A stretch of 64,000 nucleotides of DNA from the human T2T-CHM13v2.0 reference genome, Homo sapiens. Below, piece after piece: positions 1 to 11,000 of the stretch. The DNA lies in the NCBI RefSeq assembly GCF_009914755.1, contig NC_060942.1. One strand, 5' to 3'. The notes under the pieces are model-generated. The model was given only the letters and a program-made list of their open reading frames with translations. It did no database searches and was not told the DNA's origin. The number at the start of each line of letters is the position of its first letter. The first letter of the stretch is position 1. The position numbers and the translations under genes are program-made.

Positions 1-159
1 GGAAGCGGGAATACATATAAAAAGCACACAGCAGCGTTCTGAGAAACTGCTTTCTGATGTTTGCATTCAAGTCAAAAGTTGAACACTCCCTTTCATAGAG
101 CAGTCCTGAAACACCCCTTTTGTAGTATCTGGAACTGGACTTTTGGAGCGATTTCAGGG

Positions 160-176
160 CTAAGGTGAAAAAGGAA
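160..176 (+). promoter_or_regulatory. pJalpha-type (A-box) motif of an A-type monomer, recurs each HOR
   Basis: CTAAGGTGAAAAAGGAA sits at the monomer position occupied by the CENP-B box in B-type monomers and resembles the A-type consensus with GGTGAAAAAG core. Confidence 0.7.
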
Positions 177-330
177 ATATCTTCCCATAAAAACTGGACA
201 GAAGCATTCTCAGAAACTTGTTTATGCTGTATCTACTCAACTAACAAAGTTGAACCTTTCTTTTGATAGAGCAGTTTTGAAATGGTCTTTTTGTGGAATC
301 TGCAAGTGGATATTTGGCTAGTTTTGAGGA

Positions 331-347
331 TTTCGTTGGAAGCGGGA
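331..347 (+). promoter_or_regulatory. CENP-B box 1 of the HOR (recurs every 2035 bp)
   Basis: TTTCGTTGGAAGCGGGA matches canonical YTTCGTTGGAARCGGGA. It overlaps the EcoRI site at 346-351. Confidence 0.95.
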
Positions 348-668
348 ATTCATACAAATTGCAGACTGCAGCGTTCTGAGAAACATCTTTGTGATGTTTG
401 TATTCAGGACACAGAGTTGAACATTCCCTATCATAGAGCAGGTTGGAATCACTCCTTTTGTAGTATCTGGAAGTGGACATTTGGAGCGCTTTCAGGCCTA
501 TTTTGGAAAGGGAAATATCTTCCCGTAACAACTATGCAGAAGCATTCTCAGAAACTTGTTTGTGATGTGTGCCCTCTACTGACAGAGTTGAACCTTTCTT
601 TTCATAGAGCAGTTTTGAAACACTCTTTTTGTAGAATCTGCAAGAGGATATTTGCATAGCTTTGAGGA

Positions 669-685
669 TTTCGTGGGAAACGGGA
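669..685 (+). promoter_or_regulatory. CENP-B box 2 of the HOR (variant, core intact)
   Basis: TTTCGTGGGAAACGGGA keeps all 9 essential positions of NTTCGNNNNANNCGGGN. Confidence 0.9.
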
Positions 686-1010
686 TTGTCTTCAGGTAAA
701 ATCTAGACAGAAGCATTCTCAGAAACTTCTTTGGGATGTTTGCATTCAAGTCACAGAGTAGAACATTCCCTTTGGTAGAGCAGGTTTGAAACACTCTTTT
801 TGTAGTATCTGGAAGTGGACATTTGGAGCGCTTTCAGGCCCATGTTGGAAAGGGAAATATCTTCCCGTAACAACTAGGCAGAAGCATTCTCAGAAACTTA
901 TTTGAGATGTGTGTACTCAACTAAGAGAATTGAACCACCGTTTTGAAGGAGCAGTTTTGAAACACTCTTTTTCTGGAATCTGCAAGAGTATATTTGCCTA
1001 GCCTTGAGGA

Positions 1011-1027
1011 TTTCGTTGGAAACGGGA
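1011..1027 (+). promoter_or_regulatory. CENP-B box 3 of the HOR
   Basis: TTTCGTTGGAAACGGGA, canonical. Confidence 0.95.
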
Positions 1028-1231
1028 TTGTCTTCAGAGAAAATCTAGACAGAAGCATTCTCAGAAACTTCTTTGGGATGCTTGCATTCAAGTCACAGAG
1101 TAGAACATTCCCTTTGGTAGAGCAGGTTTGAAACACTCTTTTTGTAGTATCTGGAAGTGGACATTTGGAGCGCTTTCAGGCCTACGTTGGAAAAGGAAAT
1201 ATCTTCCCATAACAACTAGACAGAAGCATTC

Positions 1232-1249
1232 TCAGAAACTAGTTTCTGA
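1232..1249. repeat. Perfect 18-bp palindrome TCAGAAACTAGTTTCTGA centred on a SpeI site, once per HOR
   Basis: The sequence equals its own reverse complement when checked base by base. ACTAGT lies at 1238-1243. Confidence 0.93.
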
Positions 1250-1352
1250 TGTGTGTCCTCAACTAACACAGTTGAACATTTCTTTAGACAGAACAGTTTT
1301 GAAACACTCTTTTTGTGGAATCTGCAAGTGGCTATTTGGCTAGATTTGAGGA

Positions 1353-1369
1353 TTTCGTTGGAAACGGGA
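1353..1369 (+). promoter_or_regulatory. CENP-B box 4 of the HOR
   Basis: TTTCGTTGGAAACGGGA, canonical. Confidence 0.95.
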
Positions 1370-1519
1370 TTACATATAAAAAGCAGTCAGCGGCATTCTC
1401 AGAAAGTTCTTTGTGATGATTGCATTCAAGTCACAGAATTGAACATTCCCTTTCACAGAGCAGGTTTGAAACACTCTTTTTGTAGTGTGTGTAAGTGGAC
1501 ATTTGGAGCACTTACCGGC

Positions 1520-1536
1520 CTAAGGTGAAAAAGGAA
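1520..1536 (+). promoter_or_regulatory. Second pJalpha-type (A-box) motif, recurs each HOR
   Basis: CTAAGGTGAAAAAGGAA, identical to 160-176 at offset 1360. Confidence 0.7.
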
Positions 1537-1645
1537 ATATCTTCCCATAAAAACTAGACAGAAGCATTCTCAGAAACTTACTCGTGATGTGTGTCCTCAA
1601 CTAAAGGAGTAGAACCTTTCTTTTCATAGAGAAGTTTTGAAACGC

Positions 1646-1861
1646 TCTTTTTGTGGAATCTGCAAGTGGATATTTGGCTAGTTTTGAGGATTTCGTTGGA
1701 AGCGGGAATTCATACAAATTGCAGACTGCAGCGTTCTGAGAAACATCTTTGTGATGTTTGTATTCAGGACACAGAGTTGAACATTCCCTATCATAGAGCA
1801 GGTTTGAATCACTCCTTTTGTAGTATCTGGAAGTGGACATTTGGAGCGCTTTCAGGCCTAT
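1646..1861 (+). repeat. Intra-HOR near-identical paralogue of 286-501 (216 bp, 1 mismatch, offset 1360 bp = 8 monomers)
   Basis: Direct comparison shows the only difference is G445 vs T1805 (GGTTGGAATC vs GGTTTGAATC). The ORF pairs 241/1601 and 282/1651 share long identical translations. Confidence 0.9.
1691..1707 (+). promoter_or_regulatory. CENP-B box 5 of the HOR
   Basis: TTTCGTTGGAAGCGGGA, canonical and identical in context to box 1 (offset 1360). It overlaps the EcoRI site at 1706-1711. Confidence 0.95.
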
Positions 1862-2028
1862 GTTGGAAAAGGAAATATCTTCCCATAACAACTAGACAGA
1901 AGCATTCTCAGAAACTTATTTGAGATGTGTGTACTCAACTAAGAGAATTGAACCACCGTTTTGAAGGAGCAGTTTTGAAACTCTCTTTTTCTGGAATCTG
2001 CAAGTGGATATTTGGCTAGCTTTGGGGA

Positions 2029-2045
2029 TTTCGCTGGAAGCGGGA
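2029..2045 (+). promoter_or_regulatory. CENP-B box 6 of the HOR (variant, core intact); its 3' half also forms window bases 1-10
   Basis: TTTCGCTGGAAGCGGGA keeps the 9 essential positions TTCG....A..CGGG. Confidence 0.9.
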
Positions 2046-5000
2046 ATACATATAAAAAGCACACAGCAGCGTTCTGAGAAACTGCTTTCTGATGTTTGCA
2101 TTCAAGTCAAAAGTTGAACACTCCCTTTCATAGAGCAGTCCTGAAACACCCCTTTTGTAGTATCTGGAACTGGACTTTTGGAGCGATTTCAGGGCTAAGG
2201 TGAAAAAGGAAATATCTTCCCATAAAAACTGGACAGAAGCATTCTCAGAAACTTGTTTATGCTGTATCTACTCAACTAACAAAGTTGAACCTTTCTTTTG
2301 ATAGAGCAGTTTTGAAATGGTCTTTTTGTGGAATCTGCAAGTGGATATTTGGCTAGTTTTGAGGATTTCGTTGGAAGCGGGAATTCATACAAATTGCAGA
2401 CTGCAGCGTTCTGAGAAACATCTTTGTGATGTTTGTATTCAGGACACAGAGTTGAACATTCCCTATCATAGAGCAGGTTGGAATCACTCCTTTTGTAGTA
2501 TCTGGAAGTGGACATTTGGAGCGCTTTCAGGCCTATTTTGGAAAGGGAAATATCTTCCCGTAACAACTATGCAGAAGCATTCTCAGAAACTTGTTTGTGA
2601 TGTGTGCCCTCTACTGACAGAGTTGAACCTTTCTTTTCATAGAGCAGTTTTGAAACACTCTTTTTGTAGAATCTGCAAGAGGATATTTGCATAGCTTTGA
2701 GGATTTCGTGGGAAACGGGATTGTCTTCAGGTAAAATCTAGACAGAAGCATTCTCAGAAACTTCTTTGGGATGTTTGCATTCAAGTCACAGAGTAGAACA
2801 TTCCCTTTGGTAGAGCAGGTTTGAAACACTCTTTTTGTAGTATCTGGAAGTGGACATTTGGAGCGCTTTCAGGCCCATGTTGGAAAGGGAAATATCTTCC
2901 CGTAACAACTAGGCAGAAGCATTCTCAGAAACTTATTTGAGATGTGTGTACTCAACTAAGAGAATTGAACCACCGTTTTGAAGGAGCAGTTTTGAAACAC
3001 TCTTTTTCTGGAATCTGCAAGAGTATATTTGCCTAGCCTTGAGGATTTCGTTGGAAACGGGATTGTCTTCAGAGAAAATCTAGACAGAAGCATTCTCAGA
3101 AACTTCTTTGGGATGCTTGCATTCAAGTCACAGAGTAGAACATTCCCTTTGGTAGAGCAGGTTTGAAACACTCTTTTTGTAGTATCTGGAAGTGGACATT
3201 TGGAGCGCTTTCAGGCCTACGTTGGAAAAGGAAATATCTTCCCATAACAACTAGACAGAAGCATTCTCAGAAACTAGTTTCTGATGTGTGTCCTCAACTA
3301 ACACAGTTGAACATTTCTTTAGACAGAACAGTTTTGAAACACTCTTTTTGTGGAATCTGCAAGTGGCTATTTGGCTAGATTTGAGGATTTCGTTGGAAAC
3401 GGGATTACATATAAAAAGCAGTCAGCGGCATTCTCAGAAAGTTCTTTGTGATGATTGCATTCAAGTCACAGAATTGAACATTCCCTTTCACAGAGCAGGT
3501 TTGAAACACTCTTTTTGTAGTGTGTGTAAGTGGACATTTGGAGCACTTACCGGCCTAAGGTGAAAAAGGAAATATCTTCCCATAAAAACTAGACAGAAGC
3601 ATTCTCAGAAACTTACTCGTGATGTGTGTCCTCAACTAAAGGAGTAGAACCTTTCTTTTCATAGAGAAGTTTTGAAACGCTCTTTTTGTGGAATCTGCAA
3701 GTGGATATTTGGCTAGTTTTGAGGATTTCGTTGGAAGCGGGAATTCATACAAATTGCAGACTGCAGCGTTCTGAGAAACATCTTTGTGATGTTTGTATTC
3801 AGGACACAGAGTTGAACATTCCCTATCATAGAGCAGGTTTGAATCACTCCTTTTGTAGTATCTGGAAGTGGACATTTGGAGCGCTTTCAGGCCTATGTTG
3901 GAAAAGGAAATATCTTCCCATAACAACTAGACAGAAGCATTCTCAGAAACTTATTTGAGATGTGTGTACTCAACTAAGAGAATTGAACCACCGTTTTGAA
4001 GGAGCAGTTTTGAAACTCTCTTTTTCTGGAATCTGCAAGTGGATATTTGGCTAGCTTTGGGGATTTCGCTGGAAGCGGGAATACATATAAAAAGCACACA
4101 GCAGCGTTCTGAGAAACTGCTTTCTGATGTTTGCATTCAAGTCAAAAGTTGAACACTCCCTTTCATAGAGCAGTCCTGAAACACCCCTTTTGTAGTATCT
4201 GGAACTGGACTTTTGGAGCGATTTCAGGGCTAAGGTGAAAAAGGAAATATCTTCCCATAAAAACTGGACAGAAGCATTCTCAGAAACTTGTTTATGCTGT
4301 ATCTACTCAACTAACAAAGTTGAACCTTTCTTTTGATAGAGCAGTTTTGAAATGGTCTTTTTGTGGAATCTGCAAGTGGATATTTGGCTAGTTTTGAGGA
4401 TTTCGTTGGAAGCGGGAATTCATACAAATTGCAGACTGCAGCGTTCTGAGAAACATCTTTGTGATGTTTGTATTCAGGACACAGAGTTGAACATTCCCTA
4501 TCATAGAGCAGGTTGGAATCACTCCTTTTGTAGTATCTGGAAGTGGACATTTGGAGCGCTTTCAGGCCTATTTTGGAAAGGGAAATATCTTCCCGTAACA
4601 ACTATGCAGAAGCATTCTCAGAAACTTGTTTGTGATGTGTGCCCTCTACTGACAGAGTTGAACCTTTCTTTTCATAGAGCAGTTTTGAAACACTCTTTTT
4701 GTAGAATCTGCAAGAGGATATTTGCATAGCTTTGAGGATTTCGTGGGAAACGGGATTGTCTTCAGGTAAAATCTAGACAGAAGCATTCTCAGAAACTTCT
4801 TTGGGATGTTTGCATTCAAGTCACAGAGTAGAACATTCCCTTTGGTAGAGCAGGTTTGAAACACTCTTTTTGTAGTATCTGGAAGTGGACATTTGGAGCG
4901 CTTTCAGGCCCATGTTGGAAAGGGAAATATCTTCCCGTAACAACTAGGCAGAAGCATTCTCAGAAACTTATTTGAGATGTGTGTACTCAACTAAGAGAAT

Positions 5001-8000
5001 TGAACCACCGTTTTGAAGGAGCAGTTTTGAAACACTCTTTTTCTGGAATCTGCAAGAGTATATTTGCCTAGCCTTGAGGATTTCGTTGGAAACGGGATTG
5101 TCTTCAGAGAAAATCTAGACAGAAGCATTCTCAGAAACTTCTTTGGGATGCTTGCATTCAAGTCACAGAGTAGAACATTCCCTTTGGTAGAGCAGGTTTG
5201 AAACACTCTTTTTGTAGTATCTGGAAGTGGACATTTGGAGCGCTTTCAGGCCTACGTTGGAAAAGGAAATATCTTCCCATAACAACTAGACAGAAGCATT
5301 CTCAGAAACTAGTTTCTGATGTGTGTCCTCAACTAACACAGTTGAACATTTCTTTAGACAGAACAGTTTTGAAACACTCTTTTTGTGGAATCTGCAAGTG
5401 GCTATTTGGCTAGATTTGAGGATTTCGTTGGAAACGGGATTACATATAAAAAGCAGTCAGCGGCATTCTCAGAAAGTTCTTTGTGATGATTGCATTCAAG
5501 TCACAGAATTGAACATTCCCTTTCACAGAGCAGGTTTGAAACACTCTTTTTGTAGTGTGTGTAAGTGGACATTTGGAGCACTTACCGGCCTAAGGTGAAA
5601 AAGGAAATATCTTCCCATAAAAACTAGACAGAAGCATTCTCAGAAACTTACTCGTGATGTGTGTCCTCAACTAAAGGAGTAGAACCTTTCTTTTCATAGA
5701 GAAGTTTTGAAACGCTCTTTTTGTGGAATCTGCAAGTGGATATTTGGCTAGTTTTGAGGATTTCGTTGGAAGCGGGAATTCATACAAATTGCAGACTGCA
5801 GCGTTCTGAGAAACATCTTTGTGATGTTTGTATTCAGGACACAGAGTTGAACATTCCCTATCATAGAGCAGGTTTGAATCACTCCTTTTGTAGTATCTGG
5901 AAGTGGACATTTGGAGCGCTTTCAGGCCTATGTTGGAAAAGGAAATATCTTCCCATAACAACTAGACAGAAGCATTCTCAGAAACTTATTTGAGATGTGT
6001 GTACTCAACTAAGAGAATTGAACCACCGTTTTGAAGGAGCAGTTTTGAAACTCTCTTTTTCTGGAATCTGCAAGTGGATATTTGGCTAGCTTTGGGGATT
6101 TCGCTGGAAGCGGGAATACATATAAAAAGCACACAGCAGCGTTCTGAGAAACTGCTTTCTGATGTTTGCATTCAAGTCAAAAGTTGAACACTCCCTTTCA
6201 TAGAGCAGTCCTGAAACACCCCTTTTGTAGTATCTGGAACTGGACTTTTGGAGCGATTTCAGGGCTAAGGTGAAAAAGGAAATATCTTCCCATAAAAACT
6301 GGACAGAAGCATTCTCAGAAACTTGTTTATGCTGTATCTACTCAACTAACAAAGTTGAACCTTTCTTTTGATAGAGCAGTTTTGAAATGGTCTTTTTGTG
6401 GAATCTGCAAGTGGATATTTGGCTAGTTTTGAGGATTTCGTTGGAAGCGGGAATTCATACAAATTGCAGACTGCAGCGTTCTGAGAAACATCTTTGTGAT
6501 GTTTGTATTCAGGACACAGAGTTGAACATTCCCTATCATAGAGCAGGTTGGAATCACTCCTTTTGTAGTATCTGGAAGTGGACATTTGGAGCGCTTTCAG
6601 GCCTATTTTGGAAAGGGAAATATCTTCCCGTAACAACTATGCAGAAGCATTCTCAGAAACTTGTTTGTGATGTGTGCCCTCTACTGACAGAGTTGAACCT
6701 TTCTTTTCATAGAGCAGTTTTGAAACACTCTTTTTGTAGAATCTGCAAGAGGATATTTGCATAGCTTTGAGGATTTCGTGGGAAACGGGATTGTCTTCAG
6801 GTAAAATCTAGACAGAAGCATTCTCAGAAACTTCTTTGGGATGTTTGCATTCAAGTCACAGAGTAGAACATTCCCTTTGGTAGAGCAGGTTTGAAACACT
6901 CTTTTTGTAGTATCTGGAAGTGGACATTTGGAGCGCTTTCAGGCCCATGTTGGAAAGGGAAATATCTTCCCGTAACAACTAGGCAGAAGCATTCTCAGAA
7001 ACTTATTTGAGATGTGTGTACTCAACTAAGAGAATTGAACCACCGTTTTGAAGGAGCAGTTTTGAAACACTCTTTTTCTGGAATCTGCAAGAGTATATTT
7101 GCCTAGCCTTGAGGATTTCGTTGGAAACGGGATTGTCTTCAGAGAAAATCTAGACAGAAGCATTCTCAGAAACTTCTTTGGGATGCTTGCATTCAAGTCA
7201 CAGAGTAGAACATTCCCTTTGGTAGAGCAGGTTTGAAACACTCTTTTTGTAGTATCTGGAAGTGGACATTTGGAGCGCTTTCAGGCCTACGTTGGAAAAG
7301 GAAATATCTTCCCATAACAACTAGACAGAAGCATTCTCAGAAACTAGTTTCTGATGTGTGTCCTCAACTAACACAGTTGAACATTTCTTTAGACAGAACA
7401 GTTTTGAAACACTCTTTTTGTGGAATCTGCAAGTGGCTATTTGGCTAGATTTGAGGATTTCGTTGGAAACGGGATTACATATAAAAAGCAGTCAGCGGCA
7501 TTCTCAGAAAGTTCTTTGTGATGATTGCATTCAAGTCACAGAATTGAACATTCCCTTTCACAGAGCAGGTTTGAAACACTCTTTTTGTAGTGTGTGTAAG
7601 TGGACATTTGGAGCACTTACCGGCCTAAGGTGAAAAAGGAAATATCTTCCCATAAAAACTAGACAGAAGCATTCTCAGAAACTTACTCGTGATGTGTGTC
7701 CTCAACTAAAGGAGTAGAACCTTTCTTTTCATAGAGAAGTTTTGAAACGCTCTTTTTGTGGAATCTGCAAGTGGATATTTGGCTAGTTTTGAGGATTTCG
7801 TTGGAAGCGGGAATTCATACAAATTGCAGACTGCAGCGTTCTGAGAAACATCTTTGTGATGTTTGTATTCAGGACACAGAGTTGAACATTCCCTATCATA
7901 GAGCAGGTTTGAATCACTCCTTTTGTAGTATCTGGAAGTGGACATTTGGAGCGCTTTCAGGCCTATGTTGGAAAAGGAAATATCTTCCCATAACAACTAG

Positions 8001-11000
8001 ACAGAAGCATTCTCAGAAACTTATTTGAGATGTGTGTACTCAACTAAGAGAATTGAACCACCGTTTTGAAGGAGCAGTTTTGAAACTCTCTTTTTCTGGA
8101 ATCTGCAAGTGGATATTTGGCTAGCTTTGGGGATTTCGCTGGAAGCGGGAATACATATAAAAAGCACACAGCAGCGTTCTGAGAAACTGCTTTCTGATGT
8201 TTGCATTCAAGTCAAAAGTTGAACACTCCCTTTCATAGAGCAGTCCTGAAACACCCCTTTTGTAGTATCTGGAACTGGACTTTTGGAGCGATTTCAGGGC
8301 TAAGGTGAAAAAGGAAATATCTTCCCATAAAAACTGGACAGAAGCATTCTCAGAAACTTGTTTATGCTGTATCTACTCAACTAACAAAGTTGAACCTTTC
8401 TTTTGATAGAGCAGTTTTGAAATGGTCTTTTTGTGGAATCTGCAAGTGGATATTTGGCTAGTTTTGAGGATTTCGTTGGAAGCGGGAATTCATACAAATT
8501 GCAGACTGCAGCGTTCTGAGAAACATCTTTGTGATGTTTGTATTCAGGACACAGAGTTGAACATTCCCTATCATAGAGCAGGTTGGAATCACTCCTTTTG
8601 TAGTATCTGGAAGTGGACATTTGGAGCGCTTTCAGGCCTATTTTGGAAAGGGAAATATCTTCCCGTAACAACTATGCAGAAGCATTCTCAGAAACTTGTT
8701 TGTGATGTGTGCCCTCTACTGACAGAGTTGAACCTTTCTTTTCATAGAGCAGTTTTGAAACACTCTTTTTGTAGAATCTGCAAGAGGATATTTGCATAGC
8801 TTTGAGGATTTCGTGGGAAACGGGATTGTCTTCAGGTAAAATCTAGACAGAAGCATTCTCAGAAACTTCTTTGGGATGTTTGCATTCAAGTCACAGAGTA
8901 GAACATTCCCTTTGGTAGAGCAGGTTTGAAACACTCTTTTTGTAGTATCTGGAAGTGGACATTTGGAGCGCTTTCAGGCCCATGTTGGAAAGGGAAATAT
9001 CTTCCCGTAACAACTAGGCAGAAGCATTCTCAGAAACTTATTTGAGATGTGTGTACTCAACTAAGAGAATTGAACCACCGTTTTGAAGGAGCAGTTTTGA
9101 AACACTCTTTTTCTGGAATCTGCAAGAGTATATTTGCCTAGCCTTGAGGATTTCGTTGGAAACGGGATTGTCTTCAGAGAAAATCTAGACAGAAGCATTC
9201 TCAGAAACTTCTTTGGGATGCTTGCATTCAAGTCACAGAGTAGAACATTCCCTTTGGTAGAGCAGGTTTGAAACACTCTTTTTGTAGTATCTGGAAGTGG
9301 ACATTTGGAGCGCTTTCAGGCCTACGTTGGAAAAGGAAATATCTTCCCATAACAACTAGACAGAAGCATTCTCAGAAACTAGTTTCTGATGTGTGTCCTC
9401 AACTAACACAGTTGAACATTTCTTTAGACAGAACAGTTTTGAAACACTCTTTTTGTGGAATCTGCAAGTGGCTATTTGGCTAGATTTGAGGATTTCGTTG
9501 GAAACGGGATTACATATAAAAAGCAGTCAGCGGCATTCTCAGAAAGTTCTTTGTGATGATTGCATTCAAGTCACAGAATTGAACATTCCCTTTCACAGAG
9601 CAGGTTTGAAACACTCTTTTTGTAGTGTGTGTAAGTGGACATTTGGAGCACTTACCGGCCTAAGGTGAAAAAGGAAATATCTTCCCATAAAAACTAGACA
9701 GAAGCATTCTCAGAAACTTACTCGTGATGTGTGTCCTCAACTAAAGGAGTAGAACCTTTCTTTTCATAGAGAAGTTTTGAAACGCTCTTTTTGTGGAATC
9801 TGCAAGTGGATATTTGGCTAGTTTTGAGGATTTCGTTGGAAGCGGGAATTCATACAAATTGCAGACTGCAGCGTTCTGAGAAACATCTTTGTGATGTTTG
9901 TATTCAGGACACAGAGTTGAACATTCCCTATCATAGAGCAGGTTTGAATCACTCCTTTTGTAGTATCTGGAAGTGGACATTTGGAGCGCTTTCAGGCCTA
10001 TGTTGGAAAAGGAAATATCTTCCCATAACAACTAGACAGAAGCATTCTCAGAAACTTATTTGAGATGTGTGTACTCAACTAAGAGAATTGAACCACCGTT
10101 TTGAAGGAGCAGTTTTGAAACTCTCTTTTTCTGGAATCTGCAAGTGGATATTTGGCTAGCTTTGGGGATTTCGCTGGAAGCGGGAATACATATAAAAAGC
10201 ACACAGCAGCGTTCTGAGAAACTGCTTTCTGATGTTTGCATTCAAGTCAAAAGTTGAACACTCCCTTTCATAGAGCAGTCCTGAAACACCCCTTTTGTAG
10301 TATCTGGAACTGGACTTTTGGAGCGATTTCAGGGCTAAGGTGAAAAAGGAAATATCTTCCCATAAAAACTGGACAGAAGCATTCTCAGAAACTTGTTTAT
10401 GCTGTATCTACTCAACTAACAAAGTTGAACCTTTCTTTTGATAGAGCAGTTTTGAAATGGTCTTTTTGTGGAATCTGCAAGTGGATATTTGGCTAGTTTT
10501 GAGGATTTCGTTGGAAGCGGGAATTCATACAAATTGCAGACTGCAGCGTTCTGAGAAACATCTTTGTGATGTTTGTATTCAGGACACAGAGTTGAACATT
10601 CCCTATCATAGAGCAGGTTGGAATCACTCCTTTTGTAGTATCTGGAAGTGGACATTTGGAGCGCTTTCAGGCCTATTTTGGAAAGGGAAATATCTTCCCG
10701 TAACAACTATGCAGAAGCATTCTCAGAAACTTGTTTGTGATGTGTGCCCTCTACTGACAGAGTTGAACCTTTCTTTTCATAGAGCAGTTTTGAAACACTC
10801 TTTTTGTAGAATCTGCAAGAGGATATTTGCATAGCTTTGAGGATTTCGTGGGAAACGGGATTGTCTTCAGGTAAAATCTAGACAGAAGCATTCTCAGAAA
10901 CTTCTTTGGGATGTTTGCATTCAAGTCACAGAGTAGAACATTCCCTTTGGTAGAGCAGGTTTGAAACACTCTTTTTGTAGTATCTGGAAGTGGACATTTG

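Larger units (their letters stand above)
35..2069 (+). repeat. One complete HOR unit of 12 monomers, phased on CATTCTCAGAAA/CGTTCTGAGAAA
   Basis: Monomer starts at 35, 205, 372, 543, 714, 885, 1056, 1227, 1394, 1565, 1732, 1903; the next unit starts at 2070. Lengths 170, 167, 171, 171, 171, 171, 171, 167, 171, 167, 171, 167 sum to 2035. Confidence 0.95.

Noticed and set aside
14-23. TATA-like CATATAAAAA directly after two of the CENP-B boxes (also near 1373-1382)
   Set aside because: It is a standard AT-rich alphoid linker. Alpha-satellite transcription is known, but a promoter cannot be supported from this motif alone.
207-215. TTCTCAGAA/TTCTGAGAA matching the STAT GAS motif TTCN3GAA in every monomer
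   Set aside because: It is a universal part of the alpha-satellite consensus, and the sequence gives no evidence of function as a transcription-factor site.
1182-1198. CENP-B-box-like CTACGTTGGAAAAGGAA in an A-type monomer
   Set aside because: It lacks the essential TTCG and CGGG cores. It is a degenerate A-box position and is not expected to bind CENP-B.
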